In this document: positions 38,614 through 49,900 of the stretch, piece after piece
Numbering within the stretch: the stretch's first letter is position 1
How the letters are laid out: each line of letters begins with the position of its first letter
NCBI GenBank assembly: GCA_963667035.1
Contig: OY762964.1
Location: 64,001 to 128,000 of the forward strand
Reading direction: 5' to 3'
Source of the DNA: Candidatus Cloacimonadales bacterium
GTDB lineage: Bacteria; Cloacimonadota; Cloacimonadia; Cloacimonadales; JAFGVF01
DNA length: 64,000 nucleotides
Program-made: the position numbers and the translations under genes
Notes under the pieces: generated by a model
What the model saw: only the letters and a program-made list of their open reading frames with translations
Database searches by the model: none
What the model was told of the DNA's origin: nothing

Positions 38614-41600
38614 TTATCTGACAGGTTCGTTAACAGCTTTAACATGATAGAACTTCTTATCTGTTGATGCTGTACCTATCCAACTCGTTGCATTGTAAAC
38701 TCCACCCGAAACGAGAGTAAATTCTCCATCAGGCATGTCGGATTCATAAATTCTGTATGATGTAGCACCTGCAACTTCATCCCATGTGATAGTTACGTCA
38801 GTACCACTAATTGAAACATCAATGTTTTGCGGAACACTTAATCCAATAGGATTATCATTATAGAAATAGACATTATCAACATACACAGTATTTGGATTAC
38901 CTGAAATTATTAACTGAGCCAGATGACTTCTGGTAGTTAGATTTACAAAATCAGATAATGGGATATCAAGACTTACCCATGTTTCTGAACTCATCACGGA
39001 TTCTCCAAAAGTGAGCTCATGTTCGACATCGTCTCCACCAGCCCAAGCTCCATCTGCACCGAAATCTACCAGTTTTACTTTAAACACAGAAGGAGCGGAT
39101 GTATCATCCGGAGTCCAAACATCCAAATGGAAGTGAGTCATTGATGAAGCATCTACTGTCTGAGCGGTAAACTCTATACCTGCATAAACAAGGTTAGTAT
39201 AAAGCTTAACATCGTTACCTTCGATTTGTTCGTTTGCCAGATCGGCTTGATCCCATGCTGCTGACCATGTATCTACGGTAACATTTGTGTATGAGTTACT
39301 AAACAAAGAAACAACATTTTGAGCATCCTCATCAGGAGTCGGAGCTGCCGTTGTAGGAATAGGTTCAGCCATGACAAAGTTGATGTAATAAGTTAAAGTT
39401 GTTGTTTCATCCGCTGCAGTTACGACAATTTCACTTGTACCTGGTATAGTTGGAGGATTGTTCACAACATAACTGGCATTGGGATCATTAGTTATTGCAG
39501 TAACAGAAGGTAAACGTTCCCCTTGGCTAGAAACAATGTATTCGTAAGTTAATACTATCGGTGAGAAACCATCAATAGTTGCTCCGGAAACTCTTAAATC
39601 CGATAGAGTTGCGTCTGTGCCTGCAGCAGTTGGATTCTTCCAGAAATAGATGTTATCTAGATAGACAGTAGAAGGAAAGACTCCTTGCTGACCGTCAAAT
39701 TTCAACTGATGGATATCGGACATCGAAACACCGGTGAAATCTGTAAGAGGAATATCATAGCTGTTCCAAGTTTCAGTATTTAACGGAGTTAATGAAACAA
39801 GGTGTTCTCCGGTAGATATACTGATTGGTGTGAAGAGTATAACGGTAGCATCTTCAGTCCACACATCTATATGAACATATTCCATTAACGATAAGTCTTG
39901 AGTAGTACCCAATTGACTACCTTGATAATTGAAGTTATCATATTTCATCATGTTGTTCCCTTCAATATCTTCAAAGGAAACCTGTGTAGTTTGTCCCCAG
40001 TATGGATTTAGATTAGTTCCGCTAACATTGGTATAAGAATCACTGTATATTGAAATTACATCCTCCTGATTATTAGTAGGATTAGGAGCAGCCTCCGTTA
40101 CAGTTGCAGGTGGATTATCTACAGTGAAGCTGATACTATATGTTTGAGTATCTGTTCCGTTCTGGGCAGTGACGACAACTTCTGTAGTCCCCGGTAACTC
40201 GGTGGCATCATTAACTACATGATTAGCCAGAGGGTCTGTAGTAGTAGCAGTAACTGTTGGAACAACTGTGGTATCCCATGATAATACTATGTCGTATGTG
40301 AGTGTTGAGGGATTAAAACCTGTTATGGTTGAATCATCAACTCTTAAATCGGAGAGAGTAGCATCTGTACCTGTTGTAACAGGAGTTTTCCAGAAATAGA
40401 TGTTATCCAGATATATGGTTGATGGGAATACTCCCTGTTGTCCGTCAAATTTGAGTTGATATATATCGGTCATTGATACACCTGTGAAATCAGAGAGAGG
40501 AATATCGTAGCTATTCCATGACCCGATATTGATAGGTGTTAATGAGACAAGATGCTCACCTGTCGATTGGCTTATAGGGGAAAAGAGAATGACCGTAGCG
40601 TCTGGTGTCCACAAATCAATGTGTAAATACTCCATAACTGCGAGATTCTGAGATGAAGCAAATTCCGTACCTTGATAATTGAAATTATCATATCTCATCA
40701 TGTTGTTCCCTTCAATATCTTCAAAAGTAACTTGAGTTGTTTGTCCCCAGAATGGTGAATAGTTTGTTCCTGTTATATCATTATATGAATCGCTATAAAT
40801 TGACACTACATTTTCCTGTAACTCATCAGGTGTAGGAGCAGGAGTATCCAACACAGTCGGTTCAGCAACAGTAAAATAAATGCTGTAAGTAAGTATTGTT
40901 GTTTCATCTTCTGCAGTTACTTCGACTTCAGTTGTACCTGGTAATTCGGTTGCATCTGTAATCTGATATATTGCTTCAGAAGAAGTTGTTGTAGCCGCAA
41001 CTGTTGGAACGGTTGTTGTCCCGGAAGGTAAAACAACATTGTAGGACAAAGTTGCCGAATCAAATCCTGTTACAGTAACCCCATTAACAGTAAGGTTGCT
41101 TAATGTAGCATCATCACTTAACTGTGGCACTGAATAAAAATAGATATTATCAAGATAGATTGTTGAAGGAGATACCCCTTGCTGTCCATCAAACTTTAGC
41201 TGATGGATATCATTAAAAGCAAGACCTGTAAAACCGGATAAAGGAATATCATAGCTATTCCATGATTCGCTGACTATAGGTGTTAATGAAACGGGAAATT
41301 CTCCCGTTAAAGCACTTACAGGAGTAAACGTCACGACGGTAGCATTATCAGTCCACATATCAATGTGGATATGTGTCATGGCAGTAAGATCATGTGCTCC
41401 GACTAACTGTGTACCTTGATAGTTGAAGTTAGCATACTTAAGCATGTTGTTGGATTCAATTGATTCAGTTGTAACGGTTGTTGTTTGCCCCCAAGGTGGA
41501 GCAAAATCTGTTCCTGCTAAATCAGTATAGGAATCAGAGAAGATAGAGAAAACATTTTCGGAATCTAAAGTTGGTATTGGTGCTACCACTTCCGGTTCTC

Positions 41601-42159
41601 CTGCAGGTGGAGGTGGAGTAACATTTCCTTCCGGAATTACTATATTATCGAAATAAAGAGTGTTATTCTGAGATCTATCAACAAAATCAGGTATAATAAC
41701 CAAACGACTATAACTATTCCCTAAATATCCTGAGAAATCAAATTCCAGCAATTCCCATTCATTTGTGAGAGTATTAGATACTTGAATTTCTACAGGCGTA
41801 CTGCCGCCTTCAAATTTAACAGCGACAGGACTTATAACAGGTTTATACACCATGATTGATACCAAACTGTTGGTAGCATCAAACTCAAATAAGTCAATAT
41901 CGTCTGTATAGCACAAAGCCCAAGCATTCCCTGCATCTTCTGCAATAAATTGAGCTGCTGTTGCAGAATTGTTTATACCACTATTATCCGGATTTACGGG
42001 GAAAGTCAATACAGGATTAGTTCCGTCTTCAGTAACAGTCCAGCCCCAATCTGCTCCTATTCCTCCAGATTCAAAATCAATTGTTATGCTTTGTGCGTTT
42101 AACCCTATAAAGAGTGATAAGCATGTTAAAAGAAAAAATATTATACTTTTTCTATTCAT
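38614..42159 (-). CDS. Secreted multi-repeat carbohydrate-binding-like protein with cadherin-like spacers
   Basis: Four APxP..VxSxxSxSY modules alternating with three DATLSxLxV Ig-like modules; FN3-like C-terminus. Confidence 0.75.
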   Translation of the reverse strand: MNRKSIIFFLLTCLSLFIGLNAQSITIDFESGGIGADWGWTVTEDGTNPVLTFPVNPDNSGINNSATAAQFIAEDAGNAWALCYTDDIDLFEFDATNSLVSIMVYKPVISPVAVKFEGGSTPVEIQVSNTLTNEWELLEFDFSGYLGNSYSRLVIIPDFVDRSQNNTLYFDNIVIPEGNVTPPPPAGEPEVVAPIPTLDSENVFSIFSDSYTDLAGTDFAPPWGQTTTVTTESIESNNMLKYANFNYQGTQLVGAHDLTAMTHIHIDMWTDNATVVTFTPVSALTGEFPVSLTPIVSESWNSYDIPLSGFTGLAFNDIHQLKFDGQQGVSPSTIYLDNIYFYSVPQLSDDATLSNLTVNGVTVTGFDSATLSYNVVLPSGTTTVPTVAATTTSSEAIYQITDATELPGTTEVEVTAEDETTILTYSIYFTVAEPTVLDTPAPTPDELQENVVSIYSDSYNDITGTNYSPFWGQTTQVTFEDIEGNNMMRYDNFNYQGTEFASSQNLAVMEYLHIDLWTPDATVILFSPISQSTGEHLVSLTPINIGSWNSYDIPLSDFTGVSMTDIYQLKFDGQQGVFPSTIYLDNIYFWKTPVTTGTDATLSDLRVDDSTITGFNPSTLTYDIVLSWDTTVVPTVTATTTDPLANHVVNDATELPGTTEVVVTAQNGTDTQTYSISFTVDNPPATVTEAAPNPTNNQEDVISIYSDSYTNVSGTNLNPYWGQTTQVSFEDIEGNNMMKYDNFNYQGSQLGTTQDLSLMEYVHIDVWTEDATVILFTPISISTGEHLVSLTPLNTETWNSYDIPLTDFTGVSMSDIHQLKFDGQQGVFPSTVYLDNIYFWKNPTAAGTDATLSDLRVSGATIDGFSPIVLTYEYIVSSQGERLPSVTAITNDPNASYVVNNPPTIPGTSEIVVTAADETTTLTYYINFVMAEPIPTTAAPTPDEDAQNVVSLFSNSYTNVTVDTWSAAWDQADLANEQIEGNDVKLYTNLVYAGIEFTAQTVDASSMTHFHLDVWTPDDTSAPSVFKVKLVDFGADGAWAGGDDVEHELTFGESVMSSETWVSLDIPLSDFVNLTTRSHLAQLIISGNPNTVYVDNVYFYNDNPIGLSVPQNIDVSISGTDVTITWDEVAGATSYRIYESDMPDGEFTLVSGGVYNATSWIGTASTDKKFYHVKAVNEPVR

Positions 42160-43268
42160 TTTCTCCTCCTTAACGCTTCCTTAGAAGTCCGTTTATTAGT
42201 TTGTGCTTGGTGATTTATAAATGATTGTTTAGGTTCTCTATTCTCATAGAAAACACCCCAATTCTTTTCAATTTCATTTGCTCCGGTTTGTTCTGCCCCA
42301 CCTTTCCAGGACTCGTCAAAGACTTCGAAAAGATATGTAGTTATATTTGTTGAAGATACCCATGCTGAAAGTAAGAGTAAGAATCTCTCTTGTGCATTTA
42401 TACTTACTTCTCCTTTAACAAGTGTTCCTTGCTCTCCCGGTCCTTTCTTATCAGGATTATATCGGGTAGCCCATCCAATTTCCCCTATAACAACTTGTTT
42501 ATCTGAATGCAGATTCATAACATTATTAATCTCGCGAGTAAGCCATTCAATGGATTCATCCAAATTTTTACTATTCCAAAGAGGATATATATGAGTAACA
42601 ATGAAATCAACTTCCTCTTCTATTGCATTGCTATCCTCTTTGTTCCAAAAGTTATAATCATCAGCAGTTGAGACAGGCTGACCAATTTGATTCCTTACAA
42701 AGCGGATGTAGTTGATTAGTTTAGTACTACTAATCTTATGACCTGACCAATACACTTGAGTTTCATTACCTACATTAACGGCATTTACAATATCGTTGTA
42801 TTGATTTGCTAACTCAATCCCTTTTAGAAGATTAGTTTTGTTAACATCTTCCATTGCTTCATTGGTTTCATTTTCTAACCAAATACCTAGCATCACTTTA
42901 ATAGGTAGGTTTTCTTCTCTGATTACTTGTAATATCCGTTCAGTAGTATCATCGGCATTGTAAACCCTAATCATATCCCAATATCTATTAATTATCCCTA
43001 GATCATCTCTGATTTGATTTTTTGTAGGACCCTCTCCCCATGGTGCCTGTCCTTTTCTGTAACAACCGTATGAAACTGCATTTAATGGATTACCGGGACT
43101 AGATATTGCCTTAAACCTTCTAACCTTAAAAGGTTCTTCCCGTTTAATAGAAGAGTTATTCATGTATAATTCAGGCTTGTCGGAAGTAGACTTGGTTTTG
43201 TAGCAAGCGGATATACCTAATATAATTAACGATATTGCGAGAATTCTGAAACATCTTCGGCGTATCAT
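42156..43268 (-). CDS. GH17 beta-1,3-glucanase/transglycosylase lipoprotein
   Basis: Lipobox ISAC; AVSYGCYR, IRVY, VMLGIWL, VNVGNE, VIGEIGW, FEVFDESWK, EKNWG. Confidence 0.85.
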   Translation of the reverse strand: MIRRRCFRILAISLIILGISACYKTKSTSDKPELYMNNSSIKREEPFKVRRFKAISSPGNPLNAVSYGCYRKGQAPWGEGPTKNQIRDDLGIINRYWDMIRVYNADDTTERILQVIREENLPIKVMLGIWLENETNEAMEDVNKTNLLKGIELANQYNDIVNAVNVGNETQVYWSGHKISSTKLINYIRFVRNQIGQPVSTADDYNFWNKEDSNAIEEEVDFIVTHIYPLWNSKNLDESIEWLTREINNVMNLHSDKQVVIGEIGWATRYNPDKKGPGEQGTLVKGEVSINAQERFLLLLSAWVSSTNITTYLFEVFDESWKGGAEQTGANEIEKNWGVFYENREPKQSFINHQAQTNKRTSKEALRRRK

Positions 43269-44944
43269 AACTGTACTCTTACCGTCTGCATTGCATTAGA
43301 TTTTATGGTAATCGGAGAGTATTGATTACTAATTTGCAGATTGTATTGAATTTCATGATTGGAAGTATTCAGGACTTGGACACTAAGTAGATTATCCGAG
43401 TTAAGAGTAGCACATGTATGAATATCATCTTCTTCTAGTTCCGGTGTTTTCTCAACAGTTTGAACGGCAACATCACCTGGTCTAATTGTTCTACTAATCT
43501 GAGACAATATGTAATATATAGGAGTATAGTATACATGCTGATTAGCAGTATCAATCATTATTGGAGCTCCGCAGAAATTACCTACATGGTTAGGACCACC
43601 ATCTTTATCCAAGACAATATTCCAATCAACCCAACCTTTCATCCAGTGATCAAGACTAACAATTATGTTTCTTGCATATCTATGAACAGGAATATATGCT
43701 GGATGGTCTTTACTGTTAACTCCCTGCCAAGTTACCGAATATGCCCAGTCAGTTGCATTATCATTCCACCAGAAAGAATCATTATCAAACCAATTGGTTT
43801 CTTTAAATTTTATCGGGTCTAGTACTCCATTAGGTGCATCTTTCCCTAAATCATCAATACATCCTTCCGTATGTATAATTGAGAATTCCGGGAACTTATT
43901 GTGGATTCTATCAAAAGCGTCTTCATATACATTAACAGTACTCTCATACCAATGAACTGCAACCCCGTATACATATTTAGAGCTTTTCTTATCCGAAAAC
44001 ATCAGGTCTGTCCAAGGCTCAATACCATCTCTGTTCTGGTCATAAATCATTAACTTTACATCTTTAAAGCCGGTCTTTACTAGCTTAGGACCAAGATATT
44101 TCTTAATGAAACGGTTCTGTGTCTCGGGAGTAAACTGCATACTTTCCCACTGACCATTGTTACCGTAAGGCTCGTTTACGGGAGTGATGCCCCAAATGTT
44201 AACACCTTCGTTTCTATAACTTTCCAGATATTTAACGAGATAATTTGCATAGGTCTTAACATATTTCTTCTTTAGACTTCCTCCCGTTCCCTGCCAGTTG
44301 TTTTCCGGAGCCCCCGGTATATACCACTCTTCGATATCTTTCATCCAATAAGGAGCAGTCCAAGCGGAAGCAATTATTCTTAACTCCGGATTAGGCTGGG
44401 TGCTCTTGATAAAAAGAGCTTCTTTGATCATGGGAAGTAAATCGTATTTATCATCCATAATGTTAGGGTTCAACTTTTTATCAAATCCTTTTAAGTCTTC
44501 TTCAATTGTGAAATTTTGGAGTTTTGCATCACCCACTACCGAAGCATAGGAATACTTGCCATACACACTGAAATCACATGATCCAATATGAGTTCTTGTA
44601 AGAGTGAAATCAGCACCATCACTACTGAAAATCTTTCTCATAACATCACGCCTTTTCTCAATGGGTAGATGAGCCAAGACATAAGCTGAGGACTCCGTGA
44701 AAGAAGTTCCGATACCATCAATAATCTGCTTTCTTTTGGAAGGATATACCGATATTACATTGCCTGTAGCCTTACCTTCAAAAAACACTGTATTATCTTC
44801 TGATGCTAATTTATCTCCTTCAGCAGAGGTAATGATTATCTCTTCTACAGAGAGATTCTCAGTATTAGCCTCATTACTCATAAGAAAAGATGAGATTATC
44901 AATATCAAAATTATTAAAGAGACCTTTCTGAAACTAATACTCAT
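43265..44944 (-). CDS. GH30 glycoside hydrolase (glucosylceramidase-like)
   Basis: RTHIGSCDFS, ASAWTAPYWMK, ITPVNEP, AVHWY, HTEGC, WVDWNIVLDKDGGPNH. Confidence 0.9.
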   Translation of the reverse strand: MSISFRKVSLIILILIISSFLMSNEANTENLSVEEIIITSAEGDKLASEDNTVFFEGKATGNVISVYPSKRKQIIDGIGTSFTESSAYVLAHLPIEKRRDVMRKIFSSDGADFTLTRTHIGSCDFSVYGKYSYASVVGDAKLQNFTIEEDLKGFDKKLNPNIMDDKYDLLPMIKEALFIKSTQPNPELRIIASAWTAPYWMKDIEEWYIPGAPENNWQGTGGSLKKKYVKTYANYLVKYLESYRNEGVNIWGITPVNEPYGNNGQWESMQFTPETQNRFIKKYLGPKLVKTGFKDVKLMIYDQNRDGIEPWTDLMFSDKKSSKYVYGVAVHWYESTVNVYEDAFDRIHNKFPEFSIIHTEGCIDDLGKDAPNGVLDPIKFKETNWFDNDSFWWNDNATDWAYSVTWQGVNSKDHPAYIPVHRYARNIIVSLDHWMKGWVDWNIVLDKDGGPNHVGNFCGAPIMIDTANQHVYYTPIYYILSQISRTIRPGDVAVQTVEKTPELEEDDIHTCATLNSDNLLSVQVLNTSNHEIQYNLQISNQYSPITIKSNAMQTVRVQL

Positions 44945-44957
44945 AAGAAATCACCTA

Positions 44958-46907
44958 TTATTCGGAATTCTGTTTTACCAAATCTTCCGATTTATGTCTC
45001 TTCATCAGCTTCTCTCTAATCTCATATACTTTGTTTTCGCTCAAAGAATAGGTGAAGATAATCCATAAAGCTATCCCTGATGTGATGAAAGGAATAATGA
45101 CATCAAAAGCTCTTAAATGTGTTAGTGTACTCAGGGGTTGATTTGCACCTAAAGCTTGGTCAAAATGGACAAATTTGAGCAATACACCGGTCATAAGTCC
45201 CGAAATAGACATTCCTATTTTCACCATCCACCAATAAATTGCTCCGAAAACACCTTCACGTCTTTTATGAGTTTCCAGTTCATCCAAATCACATACATCG
45301 GATATCATAGAACCCATCAGAGTAAACAAAGAGCCTGTACCGAAAGCAACAAAAGGAGCGGCAAAAAGTAGCCAATAAGGGTGAGCTGGATTATAACCAA
45401 ACCATTTGATTACATAACCCAACATTGATAATGATATGGTTATGATAAATGTCTTTCTCTTACCAATCTTAGTTGCAATCCATCCTGTTAAAGGAATAAC
45501 TACCAGAGTTGCCAATGAGGTTATTGAACCAAACCATCCCATAAGCTGTCCGGCCTTTGAGTTGTTTCCGTTGAAGAGAAAGTATATCATAACATATATT
45601 GAAAAAGATGTACCTAATTGGAAGCCGTTGAATACTAAAAATGTAGCACTACATAACTTAACAAAAGGTTTGCATTTAAAAGTTGTTACTAATCCGGCAA
45701 AGAACTCTCTCAAATTTTTCCATACACCTCGAGCAGAGTTTTTAACAGGTTCATAATTCTGTTTTTCTCTTAAGAAGATAGCAGGAAGAATACCTAATAT
45801 TGCAACAAGTGCACCAACCCAGATGGCTAAAACTCTTGCTCCATGAACAGTACTTTTAAACAAACTACTTGCCATAATAGCGTAGAACCAAGGTACTCCT
45901 AACCAAACTAATTGACCTATTGTATTGGCAAAAGCATGTAATCTGGTTCTTTCATGGTAGTCGTTGGTCATTTCATAACCGAATGCAACAAATGGTGTAG
46001 CATAAAGAGTATAAGCAAGGAAGAAGATAATGGACATAATAAGGAAATATACAAAGTAAGTATTATAGAAATTCTCATTCTTTCTTAGCTTCAAAGAGTG
46101 AATAGTAGCAATTCCACTTCCAATTATTCCCTTCAACTCAATCTCTATATCCTTAATAGAATCCAAATCTAGTTGTTCATTACCTTTGATTCCCGGAGTC
46201 TCTATTAGTTTAGCTTCATCAATTGCAAGTTTCAAAAGGGTTTTACTGTCTCCCGTCATCATATCAGGAGTCACGATTATCTCATAAGATTCACTTGTAT
46301 TAAGGTCTATTTGTTCATTAAAGACTACTTTCATTTCAGAGAATTCGGGAAGTTCGGCATTTAATTCAAGCTGAGGATAACCGTCTAAATTGGAGATAGG
46401 TTTGTTCTCTGATAAGACGCTATTTTCCTTAGGTCCGTAAAGAATAAATGAGATATCATTTTCTTTCTTGGAATTGTATTTCAAATCAATTCCACCTGCA
46501 TCATTCTTTTCAACAGGTTGAATATGTTCTACTTTTGCTTGCGGTTCTTTTATTGAATCACTTCCCAAGATATCAATGTATCCTGATGGGAGTTGCCACA
46601 TAATTGCGAATATCAAACCTGCCAATAAAGCACCAACAAAGATGAACGGCCTCCTACGACCCCATCTTGTTCTTGTATTATCGGAAATATATCCCACCAT
46701 AGGATCGGATATAGCATCAAATATTCTTGGGATAGAACCAATTAAGCCAACAAGCATTACGTCCATTCCAAGACCAAGATTAAGTATTACAACCATTGCA
46801 GGAAGAGCTGCCGCCTGAAGGTTGTTTACTAACATACCAACTGCATAAGCTGATTTCTGTTTTAAGGATATCCTGTCTTCAGGACGCGTTACATGATGTT
46901 CACTCAT
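44958..46907 (-). CDS. GPH-family MFS sugar:cation symporter with large inserted soluble domain
   Basis: RIFDAISDPMVGYISDNTRTRWGRRRPF, EMTNDYHERT, DVCDLDEL..RREG; ~165-aa hydrophilic insert after TM3. Confidence 0.88.
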   Translation of the reverse strand: MSEHHVTRPEDRISLKQKSAYAVGMLVNNLQAAALPAMVVILNLGLGMDVMLVGLIGSIPRIFDAISDPMVGYISDNTRTRWGRRRPFIFVGALLAGLIFAIMWQLPSGYIDILGSDSIKEPQAKVEHIQPVEKNDAGGIDLKYNSKKENDISFILYGPKENSVLSENKPISNLDGYPQLELNAELPEFSEMKVVFNEQIDLNTSESYEIIVTPDMMTGDSKTLLKLAIDEAKLIETPGIKGNEQLDLDSIKDIEIELKGIIGSGIATIHSLKLRKNENFYNTYFVYFLIMSIIFFLAYTLYATPFVAFGYEMTNDYHERTRLHAFANTIGQLVWLGVPWFYAIMASSLFKSTVHGARVLAIWVGALVAILGILPAIFLREKQNYEPVKNSARGVWKNLREFFAGLVTTFKCKPFVKLCSATFLVFNGFQLGTSFSIYVMIYFLFNGNNSKAGQLMGWFGSITSLATLVVIPLTGWIATKIGKRKTFIITISLSMLGYVIKWFGYNPAHPYWLLFAAPFVAFGTGSLFTLMGSMISDVCDLDELETHKRREGVFGAIYWWMVKIGMSISGLMTGVLLKFVHFDQALGANQPLSTLTHLRAFDVIIPFITSGIALWIIFTYSLSENKVYEIREKLMKRHKSEDLVKQNSE

Positions 46908-46922
46908 TTGATGTCCTCTTTA

Positions 46923-49900
46923 TTATTTTGTAAGATATATATTATCGAAATAAAGATTACCGAATAGCATTGCATTGCTGCTGTTGCTCGGATTCCATAA
47001 ACCTAAGTATTTCATATTGTTTAAATTAACTGAAGAGAACGCATTCATAGGAATCTCGTACTTTAACCAATCCCCTACTTCCTCAGGAGTGTATGAACTT
47101 ATGTTTACTTCTGTTTCTCCTCCGGTTGTATCCTCAAACTTAATGCCTAATCTAACGACATCCGGCATTGAAGTTTTATTCAGATAAAAAACAAGAGTCT
47201 CGTATTCCGAAATGTCCTGACCTGCAGAACCAAAATCAAATGCGATTCCTCCCCAATCATGTCCTAAATCGGTAAAGTTAACCGATAAGACATAAGTTCC
47301 TTCAACAGAAGTAACCGCTGTACTCTCAGTATCAGGCTCTCCCGAATTGCCACTCCAATCAGCACTGTTAATAATTGACTGATAGTTCAGTACGGGATTA
47401 GTATGTGTTTCGCTATAAATCCCTAAAGTGCTATCCGAAGCTCCGGATGATTGTATGTTTGCAGTGTCTTCTTTTATTGTTCCGTTATAATCACTATAAG
47501 TTACTGTTAAAATGTCTCCGGCACTTATTGCAATTGTATCGTTTGCATCGTCAGTAAGTCCGAAATTGATTACCGTAGATCCCGCTCCTTCAGAGTTAAG
47601 CTGCACATCAATTGAAATTGTTTCAGAGCCATTGCTTACACTTGCCGAAACAGTTGAATTACCTAGATTTTCATCAGTAACCGAAACTGTTGCATTTGTA
47701 GCGTTTTCTAAATAAGTATCAGAATCAAAACTAACATTACTATAACCTGAACTCTCTTCCCAGTATATGTCATCAATTCCCATCTCACATTGTGCTCCGC
47801 TTTCTTCCAGAATTGTGAATGCATAACTGATATTCCGGAGACTAACACTCCCTGTAATATCATCTACAGGAATAACGGCTTGTCCCCATTCCCCGTCTCT
47901 TACCAATCCGTAAGTTTTTTGATTAGCCGGGAATTGAACATAGCTTTCATGGCTGCTATTATCTTGAATCCCTATCTTAAAAGTAACAGAAGCAGGTATC
48001 TTGATTCTAAACTTAATGTTACCACCTGTAAAATTGGAGAAATCAATTGGGTTGTTAGCCATAACACCTGCACCAAACCAGCCGACTCCGGTTGTCTGCC
48101 ATGCCATCACATTCTGTCCCTCATAAGGATCAATACTACCTTCCGATAGGGTATTCTCCCAGACAAAGATTTCAGCATCTTCCCCGATAGTAAAGCCATC
48201 AGTAATAGGTGTTTCATCTGTAAATACACCAAAAGTTCCAAGGGCGGGACCGCCGGAAGTAATAGAGGCATTAGTGGTTTTTGAGTTTCCCGAGCTATCA
48301 GTGAAACTTGCTGTCAATGTATTACCGGCTTGGATTGCAATTGTATCCGAGCCATCATCTGTAGCACCGAAATATATAGCAGATGTTCCGGTTCCATTGC
48401 TATCAAAATTAACTGCAACAGTTATACTTTCATTACCACAATTAACCGATACATCAACACTACTGCTGAGTAGTCCTGTGTCGGTTACTGTTAAAGCAGC
48501 ACCGTTTTCGTTCTCGTTGTATGAGTTTTTGTCAAAAGTTATACTACTCTGAGTTTGTCCGCCACCGTTAAGATAAATATCATCGATTGCAAACTGACAT
48601 TGAGTTCCATTTTCTTCTTTAATCATAAACACATAACTTACAAGTTCCAAGTTCACGGAACCTGCTAAGTCAGACATTGGTATGGAGACCATTCCCCAGT
48701 CACCATCTCTATTCAATCCATACTTAGTTTCTCCTGCAGGGAATTCGACGAAATGTTCAATGTTTCCTGAGTCGTTCATGCCTATATGGAAAGTTACGTC
48801 TGAAGGTATTTTTATTGCAAAGTTTAGATTACCTCCGCTGAAGTTGGACAAATCAATCGGTTGATTAGATTGAATACCTGCACCAAACCAATTCATTCCT
48901 GCAGTAACAAATGAGATTACATTACTTCCTTCGTATGGTAGTATTGTTCCTTGAGTCAGGGTATTCTCCCAGACATATATTTCCGAGTCAGCTCCTACCA
49001 ATATCCCGTCATCCACCGGAGTTGTATCGGTGAAGATTCCAAAGGTTTCTACAGGTTCTTCATTCACTTCTCCCTGATAAGCCCTTATCCAGTCCACATA
49101 CATACTTTGAGGCCAGGATGTATTATCTGTTGGAGCTCCACCATAACCTCCGCCAACGGCTATATTGATTAGAACATAAAAATCATTTAGGAATTCATCC
49201 ATAGTATCAGAATCAATAACTTTTGTGAAGTAGGTCATATTATCAATTCTGCCGATAATTCTCTGCGTATCCCATTCTATCTCAAAAATATGATATTCAT
49301 TTGCAAGTGCTTCATTGTAGACTCTTAAACCTTGAGCAGATTGGTGAGATCCATCTTCTTCATCCCACCAATGAATTGTACAAATAGAGGTTTTCTCATC
49401 ATGATAAAGAGGACTCATCTCCATAATGTCGATTTCTCCGCAGTAAGGCCAACTGATTTCGTCAAAGTTTGAACCCAGCATCCAGAAAGCAGGCCATATT
49501 CCGTCACCTTGGGGTGGTTTAATTCTAGCTTGAAGCTTACCGTATTTCATGGAAAACTTATTCTTAGTGTTAAGTCTACCGGAAGTAATCGACCCATCTC
49601 TCTTTCCTGGTGCTATATAGTTGTCCGATTCATAGCGAGCGGTTATAACTAAATTGCCATTCTCTACCTTCACATTATCAGACGAATCAGTGTAACTCTG
49701 CCACTCATCATTACCCCAACCGTCATTCTGATTCCCATAACCGTAGCCTAAGTCGTAGTTCCATTTTGCAGGGTCGGGAATTTCATTTGTCTGATCAAAA
49801 TCATCCGACCAGATAAGTTTGTAATCTACAGAAGGTGTTGAATCTGGTACACTTTCAGGCTCAGTAACAGTGTCACAGCCCATAACAAATAGAATTGATA

